Shown one piece after another: positions 35,991 to 48,364 of a DNA stretch of 64,000 nt. Within the stretch, counting starts at the first letter, position 1. Each line of letters opens with the position of its first letter. Both the position numbers and the translations under genes were made by a program. The notes under the pieces were generated by a model. The model did not search any database, was not told where the DNA came from, and saw nothing but the letters and a program-made list of their open reading frames with translations. The DNA comes from Curvularia clavata (taxonomy: Eukaryota). Location of the stretch: the NCBI GenBank assembly GCA_023920165.1, contig CP089275.1:5518001-5582000 (forward strand). Direction: 5' to 3'.

Positions 35991-38435
35991 TCACATGGGT
36001 AGGCTGTGATGTAGCTGCAGCCCGTCACTCTGTATCCAAGTCCTCATCTCTTGATACAAACCATCTCGTCCACTGACGCCAGATGTATTGTCGTGTGCCT
36101 GTGCGCCTGGTTGCGCGGCCCAAGACTGACTTGAAAGGCCGGAAGCACCGTCGGAGTAGCTTCCCGGTCCCGGAATTCCATGGTCGTGAGACAGATAACG
36201 ATCTACCAAGGCTTTGAGGTCCTGTAGAACCTTGAAGCAATCTCGGGGATAGTTTGTCCCGGTCTTGGATTCATCTTGAAACGTGCGCATTGTGAAGTCA
36301 ATTTCTGGAGTGTGTACACTCGGGACTGTTGTTTTGTAGCCCTCCGAGAACTTGAGAAGCTGTTCAAGCAGCAATACAACGCCAGCATTAAAGACGAAAT
36401 GAAGGCCGGCTTGTAACAACTTTCTGACAGCACACAGTCGCCGCGCCAATGCAATGTTGCGATGAGCGGCCTCTGTACAAGCTTTGATGAGTTTCTCATG
36501 TGCATGCTGTTGAAGAGACCACTGGCCGTTTATGTAACGCTCGGCTACGGCTTGTTTGACAGCTGCTAGCAAAATCGGACGTGTCGTCAGCACGATAAGC
36601 TGATTGGAGGCCATGTGCAGCGAAAGAACGGCAGGGTCTGCGCCTTCTCCACTCCCCAGTGCGGGCGGGAGCTCCGACTTCCATTCTTCGAGCATCTTAA
36701 GGGCCTTCTCGATATTCATAATAGAATAGCCAGGTCTGTAATTACGAGGCGCAATCTTAAAAGTCTCGCAGACTATATACCCAGAGATGCGAGACAATTC
36801 GATGTGTGCACGAAGGCCCATACACGGCGGCATTGAACTAGACGCGTTAGCCGCCCGTTCCACTGAACTGCAGCTATATGAAGGCACGTACCTATCATCG
36901 CTTGGAAGGGAGATTCTAATTGCTTCGTCGGCTATAGTGGGTGGGCGTCCCATTAGCACGGCGAGCCATCGGTCTAGAATGTAGAGTGTCCAGAAGATGC
37001 GTTTGTTCGCTTCATCTTTACACGATCTGAATGCGCCATGGATCATAGCGATATGGATTGCTAAGCTAACCTAGACCAGGCGTTGAAAAGTAAGCATGCA
37101 TCTCTTGTACTTCTCCTTTGAAGGAATCACTGACATATACGTATGCTGCATCTCTGCGGTTGAGTTCAATCAAATAGAAGCCCATGAGAGTCAGCACTGG
37201 TACGTCGCTTAGTGTGAATCGCACAGTGTCCAAGGGATTTCCCAGAAGCTTCCGTGCGCGTTTGAAGTAAGCTTCACCAGCATGTTGATCTGATTTTCGA
37301 AATAGAGGGTGGCCAATTGACGTGGCCAGAGCAAAACAAACATGGTAGAAAGCCAGATGTCTGTGTGTATCATCAGTAGTCATTGAAGTCAACGAGACGG
37401 AGCTGGCTGTATGCGCGGGAGGATTATTGAGATCGCCCCACCCTAAAGTGCATATGATGTCAGAAGATTAGGCTTGGGTTGGCTGTTATATCCGAAGACT
37501 CACAGTAAATGCCGCCAGACGGGAACCCGTCCTTGCCGTCTTGAACATAAGATCGCAATTCTGCAAGCATCATGTTCATGTCGGTCCAATCGGGCAGCCA
37601 TAGCGGATCTACATTGGGGTTAGGAATCGGTCTCGAGTCGTATGTCTGATAGCGGCCGATGGACGCGACAAAGGAGGACCCGTCCGCAGACTCGGGCTGG
37701 AAAGTCAAAGGGACCAGCGTGAGCATGAACTGCTTGAGGTAGTCGAGAAAGGTTGCTCCAGAGGTCTCGCCTAGGAACCTCTGAGTGCCGCAAGAATCCA
37801 TGAGCAGACGGCCGTCATTAGCATCGGGCTGGTCCAGTTCCATGGCCACGGATTGAAAAGTAGGGGCATTTAGGCGCGATGCAGACGCTCCCTGATCGAG
37901 TTGCGCGATGAGTTCTGCTGCTTCTTCTGGAGCAGCCGCCTGGAAGCCCATTTCCAGTGCTGCACATCTTGCTCGCAGGCGCTCAACCTCGTCTTTTAGT
38001 GAGATTTTGTTGGACTCGGGTGCTGGGTACTCGCATTCCCGCGAAGATTTGAAGCATCTCTGGCAAGGCTGCTCGCCAGAACATCTGACACGGCGCACGT
38101 TGCAAGCATTGCATCTGTGCCGTAGATGTCAGCCGTAGTCTGAAAAACAGTTATTTGATAAGAAGTGATTGGGAACTTGGGTGGAGATGTGCTTTCTTGA
38201 TGCAGGTGGGAAGCTTCGCCCATGCAGCCAGCCTTTCCCATAGTCAGGCAAATAACACTGTCAAATGGAAATCTGGTGCTACAGCTTGGTGCAGATGGTC
38301 CTGATGGAATGCTACTTACGCCCGCACGACACGTTTTCTGTGCTCAGGTGCGACCTTGTGTCTTCTTGGGTTGACGGGGAGGCGCTGGGGCTGTGGCGAA
38401 GAGCTCTCTGATGCCGGTCCAGCGTTTGAATGCAT
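35991..38435 (-). CDS. Zn(II)2Cys6 transcription factor with fungal-specific TF domain
   Basis: Exon 1 MHSNAG...HRKRVVRA spliced to CNACNVRRVRCSGEQPCQRCFKSSRECEY. Also FLGETSGATFL and RIFWTLYILDRWLAVLMGRP. About four introns. Confidence 0.93.
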
Positions 38436-39218
38436 GTCGGCCCGAGTCAATCAAATGCGTCGTGAAATACTCGGCGAGCTCATGGGCTGGAAGGATGGGA
38501 AAATGTGGGTGAGAAGCAGCAGCAAAACCGAAATGGAAACAAGCCTAGGCATATCGTACGTACTGACTGGCTGGGACGTGCAGCCGGTGTGGCTCTTAGC
38601 CCCCACACTCCCATCAACAGTCGACGCATGCGGTTATGGTATGCTGCTGTCATTTGAGCTTATCCGAGGGTATAGGTGCATCCATGTATCGGAATCTGGA
38701 TGAAGAGATGGAGTTTGTGTACCTGGCGCCACTGCACCGCCTTCTCTGGACCCTAGGCCTCAGCTGGATGCATGCATGGCAGGAACGAGTCTTAGCACAC
38801 GTCGCTCTCTTTGTCTCCTCTCCCCTCTCCCCATTGGGCTTCCATCCACAGCATGGCATTCTGCATGGGTGCGCTTCAACAACTCACAATCCCATGTTGA
38901 CCGATTGCGGCAAGGCGCATTACTTTTATTTATCATCTGCTCGCGCGACGCGCTGTGCCACAGTCTTGGCGCTGCTGGCCAGAATAACAAATACACACGC
39001 ATGCCCAAAGAGGAAAAATAAATAAAAAGAAAACCAAACGAGGGGTCGAAAGACATCGGTCATTCATTATTCGTTAATTAAAAAGATGTCAGAATTGACA
39101 GCACGACTGTGCAAAGTCGCGTGGGAAATGCCAGAAAGCGCATCAAACTTCAAAGGCTTTGCTGACGCCGTGATTAAATCCAGGTCTCGTAACAAGTTCA
39201 TCAAAACCATAAACGCTT

Positions 39219-39908
39219 TTACTCTTCCAGATGGACGCCCAACTGCCACCTGCACGTCATTCGAATCATATACTTGGCCTCTTCCTCGCTCATCCAGTTT
39301 GTGTCTTGACCACCGTTCCACTTTATGCCCACAATCTTGCCTGCACCCTCGCCTTTTGTGTCCATGACGACAAAGAGCTCAGCCACTTTCAATCCAGTCC
39401 AGCTTCTGTGGAAATGGACCTTGAGTTTGCCAGCCTGGTCGGGCCCTTCGCTGTATATGAACCACTTGTCCTCCATTTCCTTTGGGGCGAAGCCGAGATA
39501 GAGCGAGTATATTTGTGATGGTGGGAGGAAGATGTTCCATGGTGTTATAAGAGGGTTACCAGGAAAGGGTTTCGTGGGAAAGGCGTTCGGCACGACGCGG
39601 TCTCGCGCCTCGGGCGATGGTGGTGGTGAGAGCTGGGCACGAACAGGCTGGCTATTCCTTGTCGACGACTCGCCTGGTTCGACTGAACACTTCTCTGGCG
39701 GGGATGGCGGTGGTGTGAGTAGGCAGACAGGCGCTGGTGCGTACGAAGGATTACGCTGCAGCCTTCTCGGTGATCGAGGACCGCCGGGCGACCGTATTCC
39801 TTGGTTCATGAGAAACGGCGATGGAGGGTTGTCGCCTCGCTGTCGTTTGGAGAAGCGTCGGAATATGGATACCTTCCTCGACAACGCCTGTGGAGTCTCG
39901 CTGGCCAT
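39219..39908 (-). CDS. Hypothetical protein: Pro/Ser-rich N-terminus plus compact MEDKWFIY...HFHRSWTG domain
   Basis: Intronless 229-aa ORF with a good start context (ACCATGG). The C-terminal ~100 aa looks globular. Confidence 0.8.
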   Translation of the reverse strand: MASETPQALSRKVSIFRRFSKRQRGDNPPSPFLMNQGIRSPGGPRSPRRLQRNPSYAPAPVCLLTPPPSPPEKCSVEPGESSTRNSQPVRAQLSPPPSPEARDRVVPNAFPTKPFPGNPLITPWNIFLPPSQIYSLYLGFAPKEMEDKWFIYSEGPDQAGKLKVHFHRSWTGLKVAELFVVMDTKGEGAGKIVGIKWNGGQDTNWMSEEEAKYMIRMTCRWQLGVHLEE

Positions 39909-41571
39909 GGTGGTTCACGTACTACCAACCCCTCTATGTCAACTCTTACTCTTTTCCTGGCGGATGGGATTAATTCTAGCGGCAACACTTGGCGACGTTG
40001 GCAAGCAATTGGGACAGGGCAAGATCAAAGCAAGAAAGCGAGAGGAACAGCACGAACAGAAAACCTGTCCGGCTTCAAGGGACATGAAGAGTGGAGAGGG
40101 GCGTCGAGTAGTTGATTACCGTTGGCTGCGCCCAGCCGCTCCCCCTCGCGAAAGGCTACGCCTGGCTTTATTTAGCATGCATCCCCCAAGCCGCATGCAG
40201 ACAAGCGGACGTCGTCCAGCGCACACATGGGTCCACTCCGTCTGCGCGTAACGCAGGAGAATCATGCGTGTCCTGGGCTGGCTGCGAACAAAACGTCTTG
40301 GTCCCGGCCCGCCCTGGCAAGCGTCATGCATCCAAACTCTGCCTCCCATACCACGGGTACGGGCACGGCCTTTGTTGATGGGAGTACCTGATTTAGTGGA
40401 CCTGCACCTGTCGAACCACAGGCACGCCGACGGAAGTTTATTACCGTGCACGTAGGCTTGGCCTGCAGTCCGGTCCATTACCTGAAAAAACAAGGCGTGC
40501 TGTGCTCCTCAATCAATTCGGCAGGTACAAAATGCACAGCCGGTTTGCTTCCTGTTTGGCCCCTCTGTGCCCTTTTCCTTTTGAGGGGCCTTCGCTGGTC
40601 TTGTCGATCGCGTCGGCTCCTCAAAACCCGAGCGTCCACTAACTCTCTCAGCTCGTCTTCATCACGATTACGCATGAGCCTATCACAAAGTCCTCGCCAT
40701 AGATGCCCAGTAGGCACCTACATGGTATATGTACACAGTAAGCACATTCTGCTACCAGTTGTCTGAGTCGAAACACGCCCCGTACGCCTGGTCAAGCGAA
40801 TCGGAGCCCCCCTCAGGTCGCTTCTCAGCAACCCGCACCATGTCATGCCTAACGAATAGCAGTCGCGCCACAGCGCTCCACGACGCAATGCGCTCACCGT
40901 GAAAAGCACAGAATCAGGAGCCCAAGGCTGTACAAACTTTAATCCTCGAGACCCTGAGCGGCTCCTGACTCACCGTGCCGTACCATGTCATCCCTTTCCC
41001 CAGCCTCCTCGATAATAAATGCTTTGACCCCTTTTCTCCAACATGAGTTCTCAATCAGATGGGCATTCAACATCTTACTCGAACAACGCAGCAACAATAG
41101 CAAGTTCTAGACCAGTATTGCTTCTCATGTCCAGCAAGCCAGAGGAAAGCCACATGCGGAGGCACATGAGTAGTAGGGGCGCCACGGCGCACCACTGTGT
41201 GGGATATGCATACCACGCTCAGCCACAGCTGTGACTAGATAGAACCACTAGGCGATTGGATACTGGAGATTCCCATTACTCATGGATGTGAGATGTTTGG
41301 GTGCATATAAGAAAGCATGTGTGGACTGTTTCAAATTGAAGCTGATTGCAACGAGCCCGCCAGCTCATACACCAAATACTACTTACATGCTCAAGTAATA
41401 TAAGCATAAATTGTTATTCGTAGTCTGTTTCTAGAAACAAGTAGTTACCGTGGTAACTCTCATGCAGCCACCCTTCCCATACTTGTTCACGGACAGATTA
41501 CTTTTTCATATTGCTTTTTCGTCTAACCTGCATAACATGGTGTTTTATATGTACCATGATAAGTTTGAAAT

Positions 41572-43173
41572 TTACTCTTTGTAGGTAATAGTCTTGAGGC
41601 GTATGAACTCCTCGATTCCCCAGTGTCCATTGAAGCGACCAAATCCACTTGCTTTGGCGCCACCGTGCGGCAGAGTCCCCTCATCGTGCACAGTCATAGC
41701 GTTGATGTGAATAGCCCTGTATTATCATTAGCACCATTGCAAAATAACTGTAGATTGTTGTCACTTACCCGCTCTCAATCTGCTTTGCGATTCTCAATCC
41801 GCGTCCAAGGTTTTCTGTGAAGACTGCTCCGGAAAGACCGTACTCTGTATCATTGGCAATTTCGATCGCCTCTTCATCACTAGAAATCTCAATCACCGAG
41901 ACAGAAGGACCGAAGGACTCGGTGTGGAACAGCTCCATATTCTTGTTCACACCGTCGACGATAATAGGACGCATGCGTGTGGCCGACGGCTCCTTGGTCT
42001 CGGGGTGCAACTCATCCTTCTCGTAGTCGCCCTGCACAACCTTGGCTCCGTTCTTAACGGCGTCGGCAATAAGTTTCTTGTTCTTTTGCACACCAGGAGC
42101 AGCGACGAGAATAGGGGCAGGGTTATCGCCGCCAAAAATGCCCTCGACGGCGCCCTTGAAGGCCTCAATGAACTGTGGCTTGATGTCCTTGTGCACCAGA
42201 ATGCGTTCGGAACTCATGCAAATCTGGCCTGCGTGCAGGAAAGCGCCCAGAGCACACTGGACAGCTGCTGTCTGGAGATTGGCATCGTCGAGCACAATGG
42301 CGCTAGCCTTGCCACCCAACTCCAGCAGCACGGGCTTGAGGTTCTTGCCAGCTGTTGAAGCGATGATGCGTCCAACGGCCGTGGAACCAGTGAAATTGAT
42401 CTTCTTGATAGCAGGGTCCTCAATGAGGGCAGTCGTGACTTGGGCCGCATCCTCAGGGCGGTGGACGAGGATGTTCAAAACACCAGCGGGGAGGCCGGCT
42501 TCACTCAACGCACTACCGATAGCCCACCATGTGCGGGGGCAAAGCTCGCTACCCTTGAGAATACACGTGTTACCTGCAGCAAGCGGGTACAGGGCCGCGC
42601 GCATTCCAAGAACATACGGTGCGTTCCTTTGGGGAAAAAGCAAGTCGTTAGCCGTGGTGCCCCGCGTTGCGAGCTGAAGTGTTGGATATGTACATACCAG
42701 GGCGCAATACCGAGCACGACACCATATGGTTCCTTGACAATCAACGCGCTTGTGCCCTCCTCTTCACACGTGGGAATGTGTCCCATGACTGCACTCAGTC
42801 TGCCTGCGACATCCCTCAACATATCTGCCGTCTTGGGCACATTGAACCCACTTGCGAACATATCCGCAGCCCCAGTCTCAATCTTCATGTACTCTGCAAA
42901 CTCCTGTGCGCGCGATTCAATTACCTCTGCTGCCTTTAGGAAAATGTTGCGCTTGGCAGCAGGCTTCATTTTTGACCATGCGGGGAACGCGGCTTTCGCT
43001 GCGGACACGGCGCTCTTGACTTCGTCTAGGGAGGCCGAGGATGAGCTCCATACTTGTTGGTGGGATGAGGGGGATGTTACGGGGAAAGTGGTCTCAGTGG
43101 TAACCTCCTTGCCGTTGATGAACAAGGGCACTGTGTAAGAAGGATCTGGCTTGACGACTGTGGAGTTGGACAT
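41572..43173 (-). CDS. Aldehyde dehydrogenase (salicylaldehyde/vanillin dehydrogenase-like)
   Basis: VPLFING, EPYGVVLGIAPW|NAP, LKGSE, INFTGSTAVG, catalytic LELGGK and GQICMS, ESFGP, ANDTEYGLS, PHGGAKASGFGRF. Two introns near 42626-42696 and 41717-41768. Confidence 0.95.
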
Positions 43174-43980
43174 GTTTGCTTCTGTGTTAATAGATTATCT
43201 GGTTGATTTGCTTGATGGTTGTGGTTCGAGGGTCGTTGGAGTTCAGACAGACAAGCTTATAGGTAGAGACGGACAGGACGGGCCGTGGAAGCCCCCCATT
43301 TAATAGCCCAAGCTACCTACCCCGTTAGGGTTCGCTCAGCAGAGACCCCGCCTGCAATTCGCCCTTGAGTGCATAGCGGAATCGGCAGTTATGAGGCACG
43401 GTTTGTGGCGAGTTGGTTGGCATAGTGGGGGCGCGTTCCTAGCGCTCACAGGCGAGTAGACGGCCGGAAGGATGCACCTGGGAATAATTGCAGCAGAATC
43501 TCTCGTAAGCAGGATTGGCAGCGCGAAATGACTGCCGGAATAATTGTTGGTCACTTTGTATAGCGGGAGTTGACATGTGTCATGTTGGCGGCGACATTTA
43601 TGGCATGCCGATCTGCGCGATCTGCACAGGGTCGAAATAACTACTAGTATTTGTAAATACAAATCCTTCAAAGTCAGGTACTGGGAGTCGGTGCACTTCG
43701 CCGGGACTCGACCCACTTCAATCACATCGGCAGTTCTTTATACCTGACGAGGCGCCGATATTCCGGTTGCATGCTTCGTTTCAGACTTTCTGAGTGAAAC
43801 CGAGGACTTTACATGAGGGAGCTTGTCGAACGCGGACGTGATTCCTTTGTACCATTGCCAAAATTAAGGTACAGTGTGCGTATGAAATAAAGGAAGCCAT
43901 TTGAGATCAGAAGGCATAAATGGGAGCAACTATGGGCACAAGAGAGATGTTGTCTTCTGCAAGATACATGACTGTGTATC

Positions 43981-45525
43981 CTAATATTCAGAGGGAACGT
44001 CCGAATCTTCTATATCAGGATAGACAGTAGGTTCCACGGAACCTTCCTCCTCTACGAATTTAACACCTGTTTCCGAAGACAGCTTAAGAAAGTCTTTCCA
44101 GTCGGCTGATACCCGGGCTGTCTGAACAACTCGAACCTCGGAGAGTTGAGGTGTGTAAGTTTTACAGTTAACTAGCATATGCTTCAAAGCACCAAGCAGC
44201 CTACGGTCGTAGGTAAAAGGTCGCACAGGCGTACGGAATTTCACTAGTGACCGTGGTAATCTGTCCGCAAACTCAACATCTCCCTCTGCTACGATTATAC
44301 CTAGAGGGCAGCTGATTTCTTTCAATGATGTAAATGCCGTCATATCGTCATAAAGATGAACTCGGTTCAACAATACACTTGCTAGCCGGTAGTCGCCATT
44401 GATATGGAAAGTTTCTAGTGAAGCTTCATGGGCACGCAGAATCTCGGTCATCGTCTTGGACCTATCCATGGGCAGATTGTTCCATCTCCATTCGTTATCC
44501 CAGTCCCCCCATTCCGGCAGCATATCTACGTGGTATTTGAATGTCTTCAGACGTCGCGACGATTTGACTATCAGGTCCAAGCATTGCTCACTGTAAACGC
44601 ATCGATCTAGGATGAGCTCTTCAACATTGTTACAGGCTGGCGGGATAAGACGTCGGAGTTCGCGAATATGCTTATCGGTGTCAAAACCTCCAGTGCCAGT
44701 GGTGAGGTCATACTCGGCGACCCCCTGCAGAAGTATTTTACGTAGTGATTGTATTCGAAATAAGGGTGCAAAATTTCTCAAGACCGATAATAATGTGAAT
44801 ACCTCGATTGATCGCAGATGTTCGAAGTGATGTACTCCTCCAAACGCACCTGCAGCCGCTCTGCTGATGATGTCTACCCATTCAGGCTTTGGGGTCGGTA
44901 AATTGGCGATTTCACCTTCTGTATGACTAATGGACTTGACGTTCGGTGTGAATAGTAAGAGAGTATTCTGAAGCACTTGATCATCATCCAAGTCCTCATC
45001 GTTGCATTGAGACGCCCGGGTTTTCCAAGATGGAACATTGATTGCCCGTAGTCCCTCTTTGATTATTTTCTTATCCTTTGCTGTTGGTACGTATTGTTCG
45101 ATGTCGTACGGTACCGGTGGTGACCAATATTCAGGGTCGACCAGATCCTGCGGTGTGGTGTAGATGTGTACGTCACGCACTAGTTCCGCCTTTCGCGGAT
45201 TTGACACCAAGGTGCGAAGGAACAGGTAGGGATCGCCTAAGCAGCGATCATACCTTTCGTAAAGCCACCCTATTACTAATTGGTAAAGACGACGACTGGT
45301 AAGTGCCAGCTTTGGAAGCGTTGAGGATCGGAACTTGTTGTCGTCGATTGGTAAATATCCCAGGACTTCAAGAATGAGCTCATCAGGTAGATCATTTAAC
45401 GAAGCCCACATTCTTTTACTATTGGAGGTCGGTGCTTGGCTCGCTGCTCGACGTTCGATGGCGAGCCTTTGTTTCTTTTCCCGTGAGGGGAGTGGAGGGA
45501 AATCGTGTTCATTGATGATCGTCAT
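43981..45525 (-). CDS. F-box domain protein with degenerate LRR-like C-terminus
   Basis: Intronless ORF. SLNDLPDELILEVLGYL...LALTSRRLYQLV, followed by LRSIEV/LRKILL/VEELIL/LKTFKY/LETFHI/LKEISC repeats. Start is taken at the MTIINE ATG and is uncertain. Confidence 0.85.
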   Translation of the reverse strand: MTIINEHDFPPLPSREKKQRLAIERRAASQAPTSNSKRMWASLNDLPDELILEVLGYLPIDDNKFRSSTLPKLALTSRRLYQLVIGWLYERYDRCLGDPYLFLRTLVSNPRKAELVRDVHIYTTPQDLVDPEYWSPPVPYDIEQYVPTAKDKKIIKEGLRAINVPSWKTRASQCNDEDLDDDQVLQNTLLLFTPNVKSISHTEGEIANLPTPKPEWVDIISRAAAGAFGGVHHFEHLRSIEVFTLLSVLRNFAPLFRIQSLRKILLQGVAEYDLTTGTGGFDTDKHIRELRRLIPPACNNVEELILDRCVYSEQCLDLIVKSSRRLKTFKYHVDMLPEWGDWDNEWRWNNLPMDRSKTMTEILRAHEASLETFHINGDYRLASVLLNRVHLYDDMTAFTSLKEISCPLGIIVAEGDVEFADRLPRSLVKFRTPVRPFTYDRRLLGALKHMLVNCKTYTPQLSEVRVVQTARVSADWKDFLKLSSETGVKFVEEEGSVEPTVYPDIEDSDVPSEY

Positions 45526-46254
45526 AACAAGCCCAGTGGAGATGCAGATGATGTTCGAGCAAAGGATGCCGTTCTCCCGGCGATGGCTAACTGGCACGAA
45601 AATATTCAGGTCAGTCTTTTGTTGTCCAACCATGTTTGTCCGGCACGGTGATGAGGTGAGAGGTGAATCGGTTAGACTGAGCCCCGCCACCTGATGCAAC
45701 GGACCTCTTGGCGTTCCATCAAATGAACCTTGCCACTACCGCATCATCTTTGCAACTGCACTACAAACCTGAGGAAAAGAGCCGCTTGGAAAGCGGTGAG
45801 CCAGCGATTGTAAAGGTAAGAGAGTTTTGCGCTGGCAAACCCCAGTTCTGTTTGCGATGTTTCTCTTGACGGCTCATGGTGAGCTCGCGTCACATAATGT
45901 CTTTGACACAAAGGGAGCAACAGTTACTTTACTTACATTAGCTACTCTGGGACATATAAAATCATTCTGCTTTTACCTGGGAGCACTTCCACGTAAAGGG
46001 CACAACGCACACGAGAGGATATACGTAAAGCATACATGGACTGTGTGTTGCCAATAAGCGCTTCACCACCGGACAGCGCACGACGATTATACCTATTCCA
46101 CCGGACGAAATTCCTTCATTTATATGCGTAAACTCGTGAGATACCAAGTCTGGTAGTGCTTACACCTCAAGACAGGTTTTGCTGACCCAGCGTCGCTCGT
46201 TACAACTGTTCAACCCCAGACGTCCCTTTCTCGAGATATTATTTGGTTGTTGCC

Positions 46255-47433
46255 ATGGATGAGCTTCCTGAGGAACTTCTCGATCACATCATCTCTGAAG
46301 CTGTCAAGCCATTGCCAGGCCGTCAAGGTGCTTACTATCATGATCTTCTCAGTGTATGCTTGGTATCGCCAAGCAGGCATGGATTTCTCTATCGCGATCT
46401 TCTCAGTCTATCCTTGGTATCACGCAAATTCCATCGCCTCACGGAGCCATACCTGTATCACTCTGTGATGCTGTCGGAAAATAATGAAAGACGGTTCTTG
46501 CACACGACAGAAGCTCATACTGAATTGTCACGGCACACACGAGAACTCTTTATAATAAATTCACAAGACATCGCTCGCGACGTGCTACGGCTTGCAGCGC
46601 GTCTCCCACGTATGCGCAAACTGGATCTAGACATGACATCCTGGAAACTGTCGCATCTTTTGCCTGTCCTGCAGCTGCCGTCAATTATAGAATTGAGGCT
46701 CTCAGGTGTAGAAGCCAGACATATCGCCCAACCCAGTTCTGTGGATTGGGCAATCACCAACACTTCCATCACCAGCCTAGACATGTCTTTTTCCCGCCCT
46801 GAGCGCTGGTGGGAACACTGCAACGAGCTTTGGAAATTCGCTGCTGTCTTTGGTGGCTTGAGAAGTCTGAGCGCGCACAGCGATTACGAGGTGGTCCATA
46901 CAGATATATTGAGTGGTCCGGTATTTCGGTGCTTAGTCGATGCTTTCAAGCATGCCTTTGAAACAAGTCTCCGCTCCTTCAGATTCGGGTATAACGACTT
47001 AAATCACGATCAGGCGTATGAGGGTGATCTAGACATCAGTGATGCGTTTGATGCGAGAGAAATACTTAAGCAATCGCACCTTGAGCATCTCACGATTGAT
47101 ACCATGTGTCTGCATAGACCAAGGCGAAACGATAATCTCAGAAGCCTGGACCTCGCCCCATCAAGTCTGCCATCCTCGTTGCGTACGCTATATTTGCGCC
47201 ACGTAGTTGCAATAGGCAACCTCAACCCAACGGAACGAAACCTGATGCATTCAGATGAAGCGCAATGTTTATCGCAGCTAGTCAATTTGGGGACGCGCAA
47301 AGCGCGTTTTCCCCGCCTGGAGAAGATGACACTAGCCATCTTTCTGCCCGCGTTCTTCGAAGACGTTGCTTTGAGGATACTCAAGGTGCAAGCGCGGAAG
47401 GTGAAGCTGCAATTGGAATTGATGCTGATGTAA
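46255..47433 (+). CDS. F-box domain protein with degenerate LRR-like C-terminus
   Basis: MDELPEELLDHII...LLSLSLVSRKFHRLTEPYLYHSV, followed by MRKLDL/IIELRL/ITSLDM/LRSLSA/LEHLTI/LRTLYL repeats. Confidence 0.87.
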   Translation: MDELPEELLDHIISEAVKPLPGRQGAYYHDLLSVCLVSPSRHGFLYRDLLSLSLVSRKFHRLTEPYLYHSVMLSENNERRFLHTTEAHTELSRHTRELFIINSQDIARDVLRLAARLPRMRKLDLDMTSWKLSHLLPVLQLPSIIELRLSGVEARHIAQPSSVDWAITNTSITSLDMSFSRPERWWEHCNELWKFAAVFGGLRSLSAHSDYEVVHTDILSGPVFRCLVDAFKHAFETSLRSFRFGYNDLNHDQAYEGDLDISDAFDAREILKQSHLEHLTIDTMCLHRPRRNDNLRSLDLAPSSLPSSLRTLYLRHVVAIGNLNPTERNLMHSDEAQCLSQLVNLGTRKARFPRLEKMTLAIFLPAFFEDVALRILKVQARKVKLQLELMLM

Positions 47434-48364
47434 GTAGATTGAGGATATCGTGGTTGAGTATGGCTGATAACAAGCAGGCCTTTATTTTATCAAGCCAGTG
47501 AAGACGTAGCGGATTCATGGCCTGAATATGATGCTGGTTTAGACCCACGGCAGCCTTCTTATATTCCGACACCGAATGAGCACTCGCTTTTCAGGGAGTG
47601 AATCAAAAACGTAAACCTTGAATCTTAGCAGTCCTGGAGGTTTTCTACGCAGAGAGAAAGTTCGGAATGTAGGATATCGGTTTTGCTATGCCATACTACG
47701 GGACCATGGTTACGAGCGTCCTTGGCCGACATGGAATACGATTGCGTCAGGATGCTTAAGTCACATGAAAAAGCTTGTTATTACCGCGGTATACATAATA
47801 AATTAACAGTCAAATGCTTGATTAATAGCTTGTGTGGTCTTCATAAATGCAACCCCAGGGCGACTGGCGTGTCGGCAAATCTTAGGTAGGTAGGAAGTGG
47901 AAAACCAAAAGACCCTGTGATTGTTGTGTGATCACACCAAAATGTAGTGGCGTATGAAAAGGCTTACCAACCGCAATCTTCTGAAGTTAGGCATGAGTTC
48001 CAACAGCATACGTAAGGCCACAATGTTAGCCTTTTCGAGCGGAGGATAGACTTCGGCGTCAGCATCCGATTGGCCGAGCATATACGCAGACGCGACTGCG
48101 CGTACTCCGCCACAGTCAGCGGGTACGCAAACAACGCAGCATCGCCGCAGTTTATCGCACGAAATTCCTGATCAGTTTAGGTATGAAGATGCAGGAAGTA
48201 AGACGGGCGGCGGTGAGGCAGACAGCCAGAATGTACATAAGAACGCTGTCGCCAACTTAACTCTTTCATCTATCGACAACCAGATCGCATCAACAATTCA
48301 CTTGCAGATATATTGATATTCGAAACAAAAGATAATAAGAAGAACTCATTGAACTCTCTCAATA

